A stretch of DNA of 64,000 bases from Alphaproteobacteria bacterium (GTDB lineage Bacteria > Pseudomonadota > Alphaproteobacteria > UBA7887). The stretch lies in contig CBDCGL010000011.1 in assembly GCA_965216755.1 (NCBI GenBank), forward strand, positions 3,360,001-3,424,000, in the 5' to 3' direction. The position numbers and the translations under genes were made by a program. Under the pieces are notes generated by a model. That model ran no database searches, was not told where the DNA came from, and saw only the letters and a program-made list of their open reading frames with translations. Of the stretch, positions 18,512 through 27,905 are shown piece by piece (within the stretch, counting starts at the first letter, position 1; every line of letters begins with the position of its first letter).

Positions 18512-19515
18512 GTGAGGAGGTGGCGCGCGTCGGCGTGATTGGGGTTGGGCATTGGGGCCGCAACTTGGTGCGCAACTATGCCCAGCTGCAGGCGCTGGCC
18601 GGTTTTGCGGAAGCCGATCCGGAGAGGCAGGCGTGGACACGGCAGAACTATCCACGTGCGACGTGCTATGAGTCGGTGGACGCGCTGCTCGGCGATGAAG
18701 ACCTCGACGCCGTGGCGATCGCGACGCCGGCGGCAAGCCACGGTGCTTTGGTTTCGCGGGCACTGGACACGAACAAGCACGTGTTTGTTGAAAAACCGTT
18801 TTGTTTGGATGTTGCCGAAGGTCGGCAATTGGCGGACCGGGCCGTCGCGCAAGGCCGGGTTTTGATGGTTGGCCATTTGTTGCTCTACCATCCAGCTTTT
18901 TGCGCCTTGCAAAGCACCGTGACCAACGGGCATTTGGGACGCTTGCGTTATATCTATTCGAACCGTTTGAGTTTGGGCAAAATCCGTCGCGAGGAAAACG
19001 CGTTGTGGTCTTTTGCGCCACATGACATCTCGATGATTTTGGCGCTGACCGGTCGCATGCCGACGCGCGTCGTCGCCAACGGCGGCGCCTATTTGTCCCC
19101 ATCGGTTGCCGACACGACATTGTCGCACCTGACGTTTCCTGACGATGTGCAAGCGCATATTTTTGTCTCGTGGTTGCACCCCTACAAGGATCACCGTCTG
19201 ATTGTGGTCGGCACCGACGCGATGGCCGTATTTGATGACGTGTTGTCCGGCGCCGACAAATTGCGGCTTTATCGTCATGACGTCGGTTGGAACGGCAACC
19301 TGCCGACGGTCGATCGCGCCGCTGCCGAACCCATTGATTATGACGCGGGCGAACCGCTACGCGCCGAATGCGCGCATTTCTTGGATTGTGTTGGCAGCGG
19401 TGCCACGCCGCGATCCGATGCCAACGAAGGGCTGCGTGTGCTCGCCGTTCTAACCGCGTGCCAGCGGGCGCTGGCGCAAAACATGCCGGTCGCCCTTGGA
19501 CCCGAGGTAACATGA
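18508..19515 (+). CDS. Gfo/Idh/MocA oxidoreductase (WbpB/WlbA-like sugar 3-dehydrogenase)
   Basis: GVGHWG, ATPA, VFVEKP, VGHLL, APHD. Confidence 0.88.
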   Translation: MSEEVARVGVIGVGHWGRNLVRNYAQLQALAGFAEADPERQAWTRQNYPRATCYESVDALLGDEDLDAVAIATPAASHGALVSRALDTNKHVFVEKPFCLDVAEGRQLADRAVAQGRVLMVGHLLLYHPAFCALQSTVTNGHLGRLRYIYSNRLSLGKIRREENALWSFAPHDISMILALTGRMPTRVVANGGAYLSPSVADTTLSHLTFPDDVQAHIFVSWLHPYKDHRLIVVGTDAMAVFDDVLSGADKLRLYRHDVGWNGNLPTVDRAAAEPIDYDAGEPLRAECAHFLDCVGSGATPRSDANEGLRVLAVLTACQRALAQNMPVALGPEVT

Positions 19516-20081
19516 ACGCCGCACGGATTCATCCGACCGCCGTGGTTGCCGATGAGGCCGTTATCGGCGACGGGACGCGGGTTTGGCATTTTAGCCATAT
19601 CATGGCCGGCGCCCGCATCGGCGCGCGCTGCGTCATTGGCCAAAACGTGATGGTCGCGGCCGGTGTCAGGGTTGGCGATGGATGCAAACTACAGAACAAT
19701 GTTGCGCTTTATGCAGGCGTTGAACTGGAAGACGACGTGTTCTGCGGTCCCAGCATGGTGTTCACCAATGTGTTGACGCCACGCGCGTTCGTCGACCGCA
19801 AACAGGAATTTGCCACCACGCGCGTCTGCCAAGGCGCCACGATAGGTGCCAATGCAACCGTTATCTGTGGCGTGACCATCGGCCGCTTCGCGATGATTGG
19901 CGCCGGTGCGGTGGTCACCAAGGATGTGTCCGCCTATCAACTGGTTGTCGGCAACCCGGCCCACCCGGCCGGCTGGGTGAGCCGTACCGGCGATCGTCTC
20001 GGCGACGATCTGGTCTGTCCACGCACGGGCGCGCGTTATCGTCTCGACGATGGCGTTCTCTCGCCTCTATCCACCGACTGA
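19512..20081 (+). CDS. Hexapeptide-repeat N-acetyltransferase (WbpD/WlbB-like)
   Basis: IHPTA, WHFSHI, KLQNNV, FCGPSMVFTN, GANATVICG, VVGNPA; ATGA coupling. Confidence 0.92.
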   Translation: MNAARIHPTAVVADEAVIGDGTRVWHFSHIMAGARIGARCVIGQNVMVAAGVRVGDGCKLQNNVALYAGVELEDDVFCGPSMVFTNVLTPRAFVDRKQEFATTRVCQGATIGANATVICGVTIGRFAMIGAGAVVTKDVSAYQLVVGNPAHPAGWVSRTGDRLGDDLVCPRTGARYRLDDGVLSPLSTD

Positions 20082-20094
20082 AATGGGACCGCAT

Positions 20095-21228
20095 ATGGTG
20101 GCCGACCCGATTCCCTTTGTTGATCTGAAAGCCCAATATGCGGCTTTGAAACCGACGATCGATCAGGCCATTCAAACGGTGCTCGATCACGGCCGCTTCA
20201 TCTTGGGGCCGGAAGTTGCCACCTTGGAACGTGCGTTGGCCGAATTCAGTGGTTGCGATCATGTCGTCACCGTCGCCAACGGCACCGATGCGCTGATCAT
20301 TGCTTTGCTGGCCGAGGGCGTCGGGCCGGGCGACGCGGTCTTTCTACCCGCCTTTACATTTCCGGCGACCGCCGAGGCCCCGCTTCTGCTGGGCGCGACA
20401 CCTGTGTTTGTCGATGTGTGCGCGGATAGCTTCAATATCGACCCGGTCGATTTGACGCAAAAAGTGGGCGCCGTGGCCGCCGGCGGCCGTTTCAAGCCGC
20501 GCGCCGTCATCGCGGTCGATTTGTTTGGACACCCGGCCGATTATGCGGCGATCAACCAAGTGGCTGTTGAGCATGGTTTGTTTGTGCTGGCCGATGCCGC
20601 GCAAAGCTTTGGCGCCCGGTGCGGTCACACACAGGTCGGCCGTTTGGCGTCCGCCACGGCCACCAGTTTTTTTCCCGCCAAACCGTTGGGTTGCTATGGC
20701 GATGGCGGCGCGCTGTTGACCGAAGACCCAGATCGCGCCGCGGCATATCGCGCGATCCGCGTTCATGGGGCTGGCCGTGAAAAGTATGAAATCGCACGGC
20801 TCGGTATGAATAGCCGCTTGGATAGTCTGCAAGCCGCGATTTTGTTGGCCAAACTCAAGGTCTATGACGCGGAATTGCGACGTCGTGATGAAATTGCCAA
20901 GCGCTATGACGCGGCGCTTGGCGATGTGGTCAAATTGCCGCCCCGCGCCACTGGAGTCGCGGGCGCGTGGGCGCAATACACGATCCGCGTTGACGACCGT
21001 GACGACCTGGCCACGCGTTTGCGCGATGTGGGCATCCCGACGGCGATCTATTACCCGGCTCCCCTGCACATGCAAAAGGCGTATGCTAGTTTTGGCGGCG
21101 GCCCTGGCAGTTTACCGGTCAGCGAACATTTGGCACGGCATGTGCTGAGCTTGCCGATGCATGCCTATTTGAAAGCCGCGACGCAACAACGCATTATCGA
21201 TGGCATTCGTGACGCGGCGCATCGGTAG
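20095..21228 (+). CDS. DegT/DnrJ aminotransferase (WbpE/WlbC-like)
   Basis: IPFVDLKAQY, NGTDAL, DAAQSFG, SFFPAKPLGCYGDGG, NSRLD. Confidence 0.92.
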   Translation: MVADPIPFVDLKAQYAALKPTIDQAIQTVLDHGRFILGPEVATLERALAEFSGCDHVVTVANGTDALIIALLAEGVGPGDAVFLPAFTFPATAEAPLLLGATPVFVDVCADSFNIDPVDLTQKVGAVAAGGRFKPRAVIAVDLFGHPADYAAINQVAVEHGLFVLADAAQSFGARCGHTQVGRLASATATSFFPAKPLGCYGDGGALLTEDPDRAAAYRAIRVHGAGREKYEIARLGMNSRLDSLQAAILLAKLKVYDAELRRRDEIAKRYDAALGDVVKLPPRATGVAGAWAQYTIRVDDRDDLATRLRDVGIPTAIYYPAPLHMQKAYASFGGGPGSLPVSEHLARHVLSLPMHAYLKAATQQRIIDGIRDAAHR

Positions 21229-21372
21229 CGACATTGCGTTACGTGTACCGCGCGTCACGGCCAAGTTCCGATCTGCACGTTGGGCGTAAAGGGTTGTCGG
21301 CCTTGGCTATTTCGGGGTGACACAGCGGCTTGCATTCGATGTGCTCAACTTTGCCGGCGGCGGCGCGGCGGG

Positions 21373-22320
21373 TCAGGAGTTTGGCTTGGTGGCGACCAAG
21401 ACGCAGCCGCTGACGGCCAGGTCTTCGTCGCGCAATGGTCGCAGCGACGCCGCCAATCGCGGCCGAATCGTGCGCACCGCCGCCAACGCGAGGGCGCGCT
21501 TATCGGCATCGATGTCGCCCCATCGCGCCGGTGGCAGTTCGTCAGGCACGCCGGCCAACCGGGTAATGCGCAGCGATCCATGCAAACCACTGTGTTCGAG
21601 CCATTGGCGCCATGCTGGCCACAACACCCGGTTGGGGCGCCCCGCGCCACGGGTCATCGCCGTATAGAGCCGATCCGTGACGGTAAGAAAAGTCAGCGGA
21701 TGGCGGCCGGCAAACATGCCGTGGTCGCGCATGTCGATGCGATGGACGAGCGTGCCGCCGGGCTGCAAGGCCTTGGCCATATGGTCCAGCGCCGCCAGCG
21801 GATCATAGAGGTGCTCCAGAACGGCGCGCGACAATATCGCCGCGAACGGTTCCGGCGGTCGGAGAAAAAACGCTTCCGCCGGTATGCCATCGTGATAGTG
21901 CAAATTTCTGATCGTTGTTTCATCGGGCGGCCCGTCGAACAAATCGGGACGCCCCATCCGCTGTGCCAAGGCCACGTAAATCGGCCGTTGGCGCGCGCTG
22001 TCGCGCGCCGGCCGGTAACGATCTATGGCATGAACCGTCGTCGCACCGCCGGCGAGCAGCATTGTGGCGACGCCGAAATTGTCGCCGGGCCCGATTTCGG
22101 CCACCGCACCGGTGAAACGCGTACGGTCGGCATAGGCCAGATAGTCGCCGTAAACCCGCTCGATGTAGGTTAGCGACGCCGCAACGTCCAAATCCGCGTG
22201 GCGGGTCCCGGATCGGGTGGTCAAGCGGCCATGCGCCAAGCGTCGGCGCGCGCGCCAGTCGTCAACCAGATAGGCGGCGCAGGTCAACGCAATGCTGCGC
22301 CGGATCAGCGTTCGGATCAT
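21373..22320 (-). CDS. Class I SAM-dependent methyltransferase
   Basis: Motif I AEIGPGD, SRAVLEH, LQPGG, IDMRDH; start set at ATG 22320. Confidence 0.82.
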   Translation of the reverse strand: MIRTLIRRSIALTCAAYLVDDWRARRRLAHGRLTTRSGTRHADLDVAASLTYIERVYGDYLAYADRTRFTGAVAEIGPGDNFGVATMLLAGGATTVHAIDRYRPARDSARQRPIYVALAQRMGRPDLFDGPPDETTIRNLHYHDGIPAEAFFLRPPEPFAAILSRAVLEHLYDPLAALDHMAKALQPGGTLVHRIDMRDHGMFAGRHPLTFLTVTDRLYTAMTRGAGRPNRVLWPAWRQWLEHSGLHGSLRITRLAGVPDELPPARWGDIDADKRALALAAVRTIRPRLAASLRPLRDEDLAVSGCVLVATKPNS

Positions 22321-22487
22321 GGCTCGGTTCTCGGCGGCATCTTGATTCTGTGTGACATGGGCGGAAGCCGATCTACAAACACGCAAAATGTGACAACGCG
22401 TCGGGCCTTTGCGCAGTGAAATCGGAGCGACAGGTGGACCGCCCGGGCGCACCGGTCACGCAACCGGCGGCCTGTCGCCGTGATGCC

Positions 22488-23576
22488 ATGGACGCCGGGC
22501 CGGTCGATGTCATGCATGTCGTCACCGGTCTCGATATTGGCGGCGCCGAGCATCAATTGACCTTGCTTGCCGAGGCAAACATACGCGCCGGCAGGCGTGT
22601 CCGCGTGGTCAGCCTGTTGGCCGGCGGCGACTATCGCGCGCGGTTGGAACACGCCGGCGTCGCGATCACAGACCTCGGCATGCGCCGCGGTCGCCCGTCG
22701 CTCACGGCCTTGACGCGGCTCATCGGACTGATCCGTCGGCAGCGGCCCAAGGTGCTGCAAAGTTGGTTGTATCATGCCGACCTCTATGCGACGACCGCGC
22801 TGCTGTTGTCGGGACGGCGCCGGCGCACGCGGCTGCTGTGGTGCGTGCGCTGTTCCGATATGGATGCCACCCGCTATGGCGCGCCGCTGCGCCTGGTCAT
22901 GGGCTTGTGCGCGGCTTTGTCGCGCGTCCCCGATGCGATCATCGCCAATGCCGTTGCCGGGCGCGACGCCCACCGCCAGCGCGGTTATCGCGCCCGATCA
23001 TTTCCGGTCATCGCCAATGGTATCGACACCGACATTTTTCGTCCGGATCCTGTGGCCCGTGCCGCGGTGCGCGCGCAATTGGGCATCGACGCCACGGTGC
23101 CCGTGTTGGTGCATGTGGCCCGCGTCGATCCGATGAAGGATCACGCGACATATCTTGCCGCGCTCGATCGCATGCCAAACATCATCGGACTGGCGATCGG
23201 CGACAACACGCGAAATCTGCCCGATCATCCACGATTGCGGCGCCTCGGCGCGCGCACCGATGTTGCGCGGCTGATGGCCGCGGGCGATGTGATTGTCTCC
23301 AGTTCCGCCTTTGGCGAGGGGTTTTCGAACGCGATTGCGGAAGGCATGGCGACGGGCTTGCCGGCCGTAGCGACCGATGTCGGTGACACGGCCATGATTG
23401 TCGGCGACTGCGGGCGGGTGGTGGCGCCAGGTGATCCGGTCGCCCTCGCCGACGCGGTGACGGCTCTTTTGGGCGACGATCCGGCTGCACTGGGGGCGCG
23501 TGCGCGCCACCGCATCAAGGCGCAATTCGGCATTGCCGCCATGGTCGCGGCCTACGATGAAATAGCTACGGTCTGA
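22488..23576 (+). CDS. Glycosyltransferase family 4
   Basis: GGAE, WLYHAD, NGID, PMKDH, EGFSNAIAEGMA, TDVGD. Confidence 0.9.
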   Translation: MDAGPVDVMHVVTGLDIGGAEHQLTLLAEANIRAGRRVRVVSLLAGGDYRARLEHAGVAITDLGMRRGRPSLTALTRLIGLIRRQRPKVLQSWLYHADLYATTALLLSGRRRRTRLLWCVRCSDMDATRYGAPLRLVMGLCAALSRVPDAIIANAVAGRDAHRQRGYRARSFPVIANGIDTDIFRPDPVARAAVRAQLGIDATVPVLVHVARVDPMKDHATYLAALDRMPNIIGLAIGDNTRNLPDHPRLRRLGARTDVARLMAAGDVIVSSSAFGEGFSNAIAEGMATGLPAVATDVGDTAMIVGDCGRVVAPGDPVALADAVTALLGDDPAALGARARHRIKAQFGIAAMVAAYDEIATV

Positions 23577-23579
23577 CCC

Positions 23580-25487
23580 ATGTGCGGGCTGGCGGGGTTT
23601 GTCGATCTGGGTGGTTTGGACACGGATTTGATATTACCGAGGATCGACGCGGCGGTTGCGCGGTTGCGGCCGCGCGGACCGGACGGCGAGGGGCGTTGGC
23701 ACGACCACTATTGCGCGCTGGGTCATACCCGCCTGGCGATCATCGATCTCAGTTCAAATGGCGCCCAGCCCATGGCCGGCCATGGCGGCGTGATCGTCCA
23801 CAATGGCGAGGTCTACAACCATCAGTCCCTGCGCGCGGATCTCGCGCGGGCTGGACACCGCTTCCGCAGTCGCTCCGACACCGAAGTATTGCTGGCCGGT
23901 TGGCGTCACTGGCATGACGACCTTTTCGACCGTCTGCGCGGCATGTTCGCGTTTGCCTTGTGGGATCCGAATCGCCGCGCACTGGTGTTGGTGCGCGATC
24001 GTTTCGGAAAGAAACCTTTGTTGTTTTGGCATGCCAATAACCGCTTGGCGTTCGCGTCTGACTTGGTGGCCCTGGATCACGTACGTGGCGAACGCGCGCC
24101 GATCGATCCTGTGGCGTTGCGGCTGTTGTTTACATTGCGTTTCTTGCCCGACCCGGTCGCCATGCGCGCGGGTGTACAGAAACTGCCGCCGGGCCATCTG
24201 GCTATCTTCACAGAAGATGGCTTGACGATGCGCCGGTGGTATCAGGGCCCGGACACAACTGCGGCGACCGAGCCCGACGTGGCGGCAGATCAGGCATTGA
24301 AGGCCGATTTTGACAGCGCGGTGGCGGACCGGCTGGTGGCCGACGTGCCGGTCGGGGTTTATTTGTCGGGCGGTATCGATTCGGCGCTGGTCGCTGCCTC
24401 GGTGGTCGCGCAAGGTGCGCCGGCGCGCAGCTTCACGGTCGGTTTTCGCGGGGCGGCGGCCTATTTCGAAGAACGACCGGCGGCCGCTCATGTCGCGCGT
24501 CATCTGGGTTGTGACCACACCGAAGTCGAAGTCGGTGCCGACGACGCATTGGCCGCCATGGATGCCGTGTTCGAGGGTTTGGATGAACCGTTCGGCGATT
24601 CATCGGCCCTACCCAGCTATGTGCTGGCGCGGGCAACCCGGGGTCATGTCAAAGTTGTTTTGTCCGGCGATGGCGCCGACGAAGTGTTTGGTGGTTATCG
24701 CCGCTATCGGGCCGAACTCTATGCAGACGCGTATCGACGATGGCCGGGCTGGCTCCGCCATGGCGTCATCGAACCGCTTGTCGGCGTTTTGCCCGAGAGT
24801 AAGACCTCGCCGCTATTGGAGCATGCGCGCCGCTTGCGGCGGTTCGTTGCCCATGGCGCCAAGCCCGCCGCGGCCCGGCAAGCTGGGTTCTATCGGCTGC
24901 TTGATGAAACGGCCCTCGACCAGCTGCTGGGGCCGGCCGAGTCGGTGCCGTTGATCGAACAGACGATGGCGGGGTTGCGCGCGTCAGCGGGCACAGACGA
25001 CTCGATAAACGCCATGTTGGCCGCCGATATCGCGTTGGTTTTGCCGTCCGATATGCTGGTCAAGGTCGACCGCATGAGCATGGCCAATAGTCTAGAGGTG
25101 CGTTGCCCGTTTCTCGATCACCGCGTGGTCGCGCGCGCGGCCGGGCTGCCCGGGCACCGCAAGGTCTCGCGGCACGGCCTGAAACGGGTCTTGCGCGAGG
25201 CATTTGCCGACCGCTTGCCGGCGGCGGTGTTTCGACGACCGAAAAAGGGCTTTGAACTGCCCATCGCCGAATGGTTGACCGGCCCATTGGCCGAGCGCAC
25301 CCGCGCCGCCATTGATCCCGGGCGCCTGCGCCGCCAGGGCTTGTTCAATCCAAAGCTACCGAACGATTGGTATGATGATCTGGTTGCCCGGCGCCGTGAC
25401 ATGTCGGAGGCCCTGTGGACTTTGGTCGCGTTTCAGGCCTGGTGCGACCACCATGACTCGCACGCCACCGCCGTCGCCGCGCAGTGA
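23580..25487 (+). CDS. asnB: Asparagine synthase (glutamine-hydrolysing) family amidotransferase
   Basis: MCG, RGPD, HTRLAIIDL, HNGEVYN, SDTEV, LSGGIDS, SGDGADE, KVDRMSM, PKKGF; probably a glycan amidotransferase. Confidence 0.92.
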   Translation: MCGLAGFVDLGGLDTDLILPRIDAAVARLRPRGPDGEGRWHDHYCALGHTRLAIIDLSSNGAQPMAGHGGVIVHNGEVYNHQSLRADLARAGHRFRSRSDTEVLLAGWRHWHDDLFDRLRGMFAFALWDPNRRALVLVRDRFGKKPLLFWHANNRLAFASDLVALDHVRGERAPIDPVALRLLFTLRFLPDPVAMRAGVQKLPPGHLAIFTEDGLTMRRWYQGPDTTAATEPDVAADQALKADFDSAVADRLVADVPVGVYLSGGIDSALVAASVVAQGAPARSFTVGFRGAAAYFEERPAAAHVARHLGCDHTEVEVGADDALAAMDAVFEGLDEPFGDSSALPSYVLARATRGHVKVVLSGDGADEVFGGYRRYRAELYADAYRRWPGWLRHGVIEPLVGVLPESKTSPLLEHARRLRRFVAHGAKPAAARQAGFYRLLDETALDQLLGPAESVPLIEQTMAGLRASAGTDDSINAMLAADIALVLPSDMLVKVDRMSMANSLEVRCPFLDHRVVARAAGLPGHRKVSRHGLKRVLREAFADRLPAAVFRRPKKGFELPIAEWLTGPLAERTRAAIDPGRLRRQGLFNPKLPNDWYDDLVARRRDMSEALWTLVAFQAWCDHHDSHATAVAAQ

Positions 25488-26611
25488 AGGTTCTCCAACT
25501 GAGCGCGGTTGACTTTACCGTTACCCGGTTTTTGCTGCCTCTTATCACGCGCCTGCAAGACGCCGGCCACGAGGTAGTCGTCGCCTGCGCCGACGGGCCG
25601 CTATTGGCCCCGGTGCGCGCAGCCGGTGTGGCCGTGGCGCCGGTCCCATTCAGCCGCCACATCGGTGCGCTGGCTAGCCATTGGCGGGCATTTCGCATGC
25701 TGGTCGCACTCATGCGTCGCGAGCGATTTGACATCGTCCACGTGCACACGCCGTTGGCGGCCTTTATCGGTCGGCTGGCTGCCTGGCGGGCCGGTGCCCC
25801 GTGCATCGTCTATACGGCCCACGGCTTTTACTTTCACGATCGCATGGGGCGCTGCCGGTGGGCCGTCTTTGTCGCCTTGGAATGGTTGGCGGGGCGGGTC
25901 ACCGACGTGTTGTTCACACAATCTCTGGAAGACGCCGCCGTCGCCCGGCGCTATCACCTGTGCCGCGGCGCAACGATCGAGGCGATCGGCAATGGCGTCG
26001 ATCCGAACACATTCTATCCCGAGACCGACGAAAAGACACGGTGCGCCACCCGGGGTGCCGTCGGCAGCCGTCCCGGTCGGTGCGTGATTGCGGTGATCGG
26101 TCGTTTGGTGGCGGAGAAGGGGTATCCCGAATTGTTTCGCGCCATCAAACATGTCGATGCGGATTTGTGGGTGATCGGCGCGCGATTGGAAAGTGATCAC
26201 GCCGCCGGCATCGATCACGCTTTGGTCCAACTGGAGTCCGATCCCGATCTCAACGCACGGGTGCATGTGTTGGGCGCGCGCGACGACGTGCCCAACTTGC
26301 TGCGCGCCGCCGATTTGTTTGTGCTGCCGTCCCACCGCGAAGGCATGCCGCGCTCGATCATCGAGGCGATGATGACCGGCCTGGCGGTGGTGGCGACCGA
26401 CATCCGGGGCAGCCGCGAAGAAGTGGTCGATGGCGAGACCGGGTTCTTGGTGCCGGTCGACGACGCTATCGCGCTGGCCGAGGCCCTCAATCGCCTGGTG
26501 GCGGACTCAGATTTGCGCGCGGCAATGGGAGCCGCGGGTTACGCCCGGGCGCGGGCACTTTACGACGAAGCTACGGTTATTGACCGGCAAATGGAGATCC
26601 TCCGTCTATAG
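25484..26611 (+). CDS. Glycosyltransferase family 4
   Basis: HVHTP, YTAHGF, GNGVD, RLVAEKG, REGMPRSIIEAM. Confidence 0.9.
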   Translation: MKVLQLSAVDFTVTRFLLPLITRLQDAGHEVVVACADGPLLAPVRAAGVAVAPVPFSRHIGALASHWRAFRMLVALMRRERFDIVHVHTPLAAFIGRLAAWRAGAPCIVYTAHGFYFHDRMGRCRWAVFVALEWLAGRVTDVLFTQSLEDAAVARRYHLCRGATIEAIGNGVDPNTFYPETDEKTRCATRGAVGSRPGRCVIAVIGRLVAEKGYPELFRAIKHVDADLWVIGARLESDHAAGIDHALVQLESDPDLNARVHVLGARDDVPNLLRAADLFVLPSHREGMPRSIIEAMMTGLAVVATDIRGSREEVVDGETGFLVPVDDAIALAEALNRLVADSDLRAAMGAAGYARARALYDEATVIDRQMEILRL

Positions 26612-26648
26612 GGCTCAAATCAATGCGCCAAGGATGAAAAGGAATTTC

Positions 26649-26671
26649 AGGGCCGCCGCGCGGCCCTTTTT
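26649..26671 (+). terminator. Rho-independent terminator
   Basis: AGGGCCG-CCGCG-CGGCCCT hairpin followed by a T-run, between the convergent GT4 and pseC genes. Confidence 0.65.
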
Positions 26672-27894
26672 CATAGGTTCAATGCCGCGGCCAGGGCGAC
26701 GACGACGCGGTCGACATCGCTGTCGGCCATGGCCGGAAAGAGAGGCAAACTCAAAGCCCGATCATAATAGGTATGGGCGCCGGGCAGAACCGCCGCGCCA
26801 TATAGCCGGCGGTAGTAAGGGTGCAGGTGTACCGGCATGTAATGCACCATGGTGCCGATTCGGGCGTCGCGCAGCGTGCGCATCACGTGGCCGCGCTCGA
26901 TCCCAAGGGCGGCGAAATCGATCAGGGCCACATAGAGGTGCCAGGCTGGACGGCAGTCCGCGACGCGCGTGAGCGGCCGCACATGGGGGCCGAAGCGCGC
27001 CAATGCCGCGTCGTAGCGGTTCGCCAACGCGGCGCGGCGCGCGACAAAACGGTCCAATTTTCCGAGCTGGCTCAACCCCAACGCGCATTGCATGTCGGTG
27101 ACGCGATAGTTCCAGCCCAACTGATCGATCTCGTAGTACCAAGGATTCTCGCGACCACCGCTATCGAACGCCAGATCGGCCTGCTGCAGGGCGTCCGCAT
27201 CGCGCACCATGCCGTGATGGCGCAGGCGGCGCAGGGCCGCGGCGTGGGCCGCGTCATTGGTCGTCACCGCGCCGCCCTCCCCCATGGCAATGGTCTTGAC
27301 CGGGTGAAATGAAAACACGCTCAGGTCCGCGTGATGGCCGTCGCCAACCTGATGGACCGTGCTGTCACAGACATAGGCTGTACCGATGGCATGGGCGGCG
27401 TCCAGAATGACGGCCATATGGTGTTTGCGGGCGATCGCGGCGATGGCGGACAGGTCGCTCGCTTGGCCATTCAGTTGCACCGGCACAATCGCGCGGACCG
27501 GCGGGCCGCCGTCGCTGGCACTGCGGGCAATGGCCTCCGCCGCCGTTGTCGCCGTCATCAGACCAGTGTCCGGCGCGACATCGGCAAAGACGACGTCGGC
27601 GCCAACAAAACGCACGGCATTCGCTGTCGCGGCAAAAGTGAGTGTCGGCACGATGACCCGATCGCCGCGACCGATGCCGAGCGCAGCCATGGCCAAATGC
27701 AGGCCGGCAGTGCCGCTGGCGCAGGCGACCGCGTGTTCGGCTCCAACCTGGCTGGCTAAGGCGGCTTCGAACTGCGCCACCATCGGTCCGGTGGTCAGCC
27801 AATCGCCGCGCAACACAGCGACCACGGCGGCGATATCGTCGTCTTCGATGGTCTGGCGACCATAGGGCAGGAAATCAGGCGTGGGCGCGGCCAT
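26671..27894 (-). CDS. pseC: UDP-4-amino-4,6-dideoxy-N-acetyl-beta-L-altrosamine transaminase
   Basis: FLPYGRQTI, WLTTGP, DAAHAIG, FSFHPVKTIAMGEGG, GWNYR, VHYMPVH. Confidence 0.88.
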   Translation of the reverse strand: MAAPTPDFLPYGRQTIEDDDIAAVVAVLRGDWLTTGPMVAQFEAALASQVGAEHAVACASGTAGLHLAMAALGIGRGDRVIVPTLTFAATANAVRFVGADVVFADVAPDTGLMTATTAAEAIARSASDGGPPVRAIVPVQLNGQASDLSAIAAIARKHHMAVILDAAHAIGTAYVCDSTVHQVGDGHHADLSVFSFHPVKTIAMGEGGAVTTNDAAHAAALRRLRHHGMVRDADALQQADLAFDSGGRENPWYYEIDQLGWNYRVTDMQCALGLSQLGKLDRFVARRAALANRYDAALARFGPHVRPLTRVADCRPAWHLYVALIDFAALGIERGHVMRTLRDARIGTMVHYMPVHLHPYYRRLYGAAVLPGAHTYYDRALSLPLFPAMADSDVDRVVVALAAALNL

Positions 27895-27905
27895 GTCGAA
27901 ACGCG

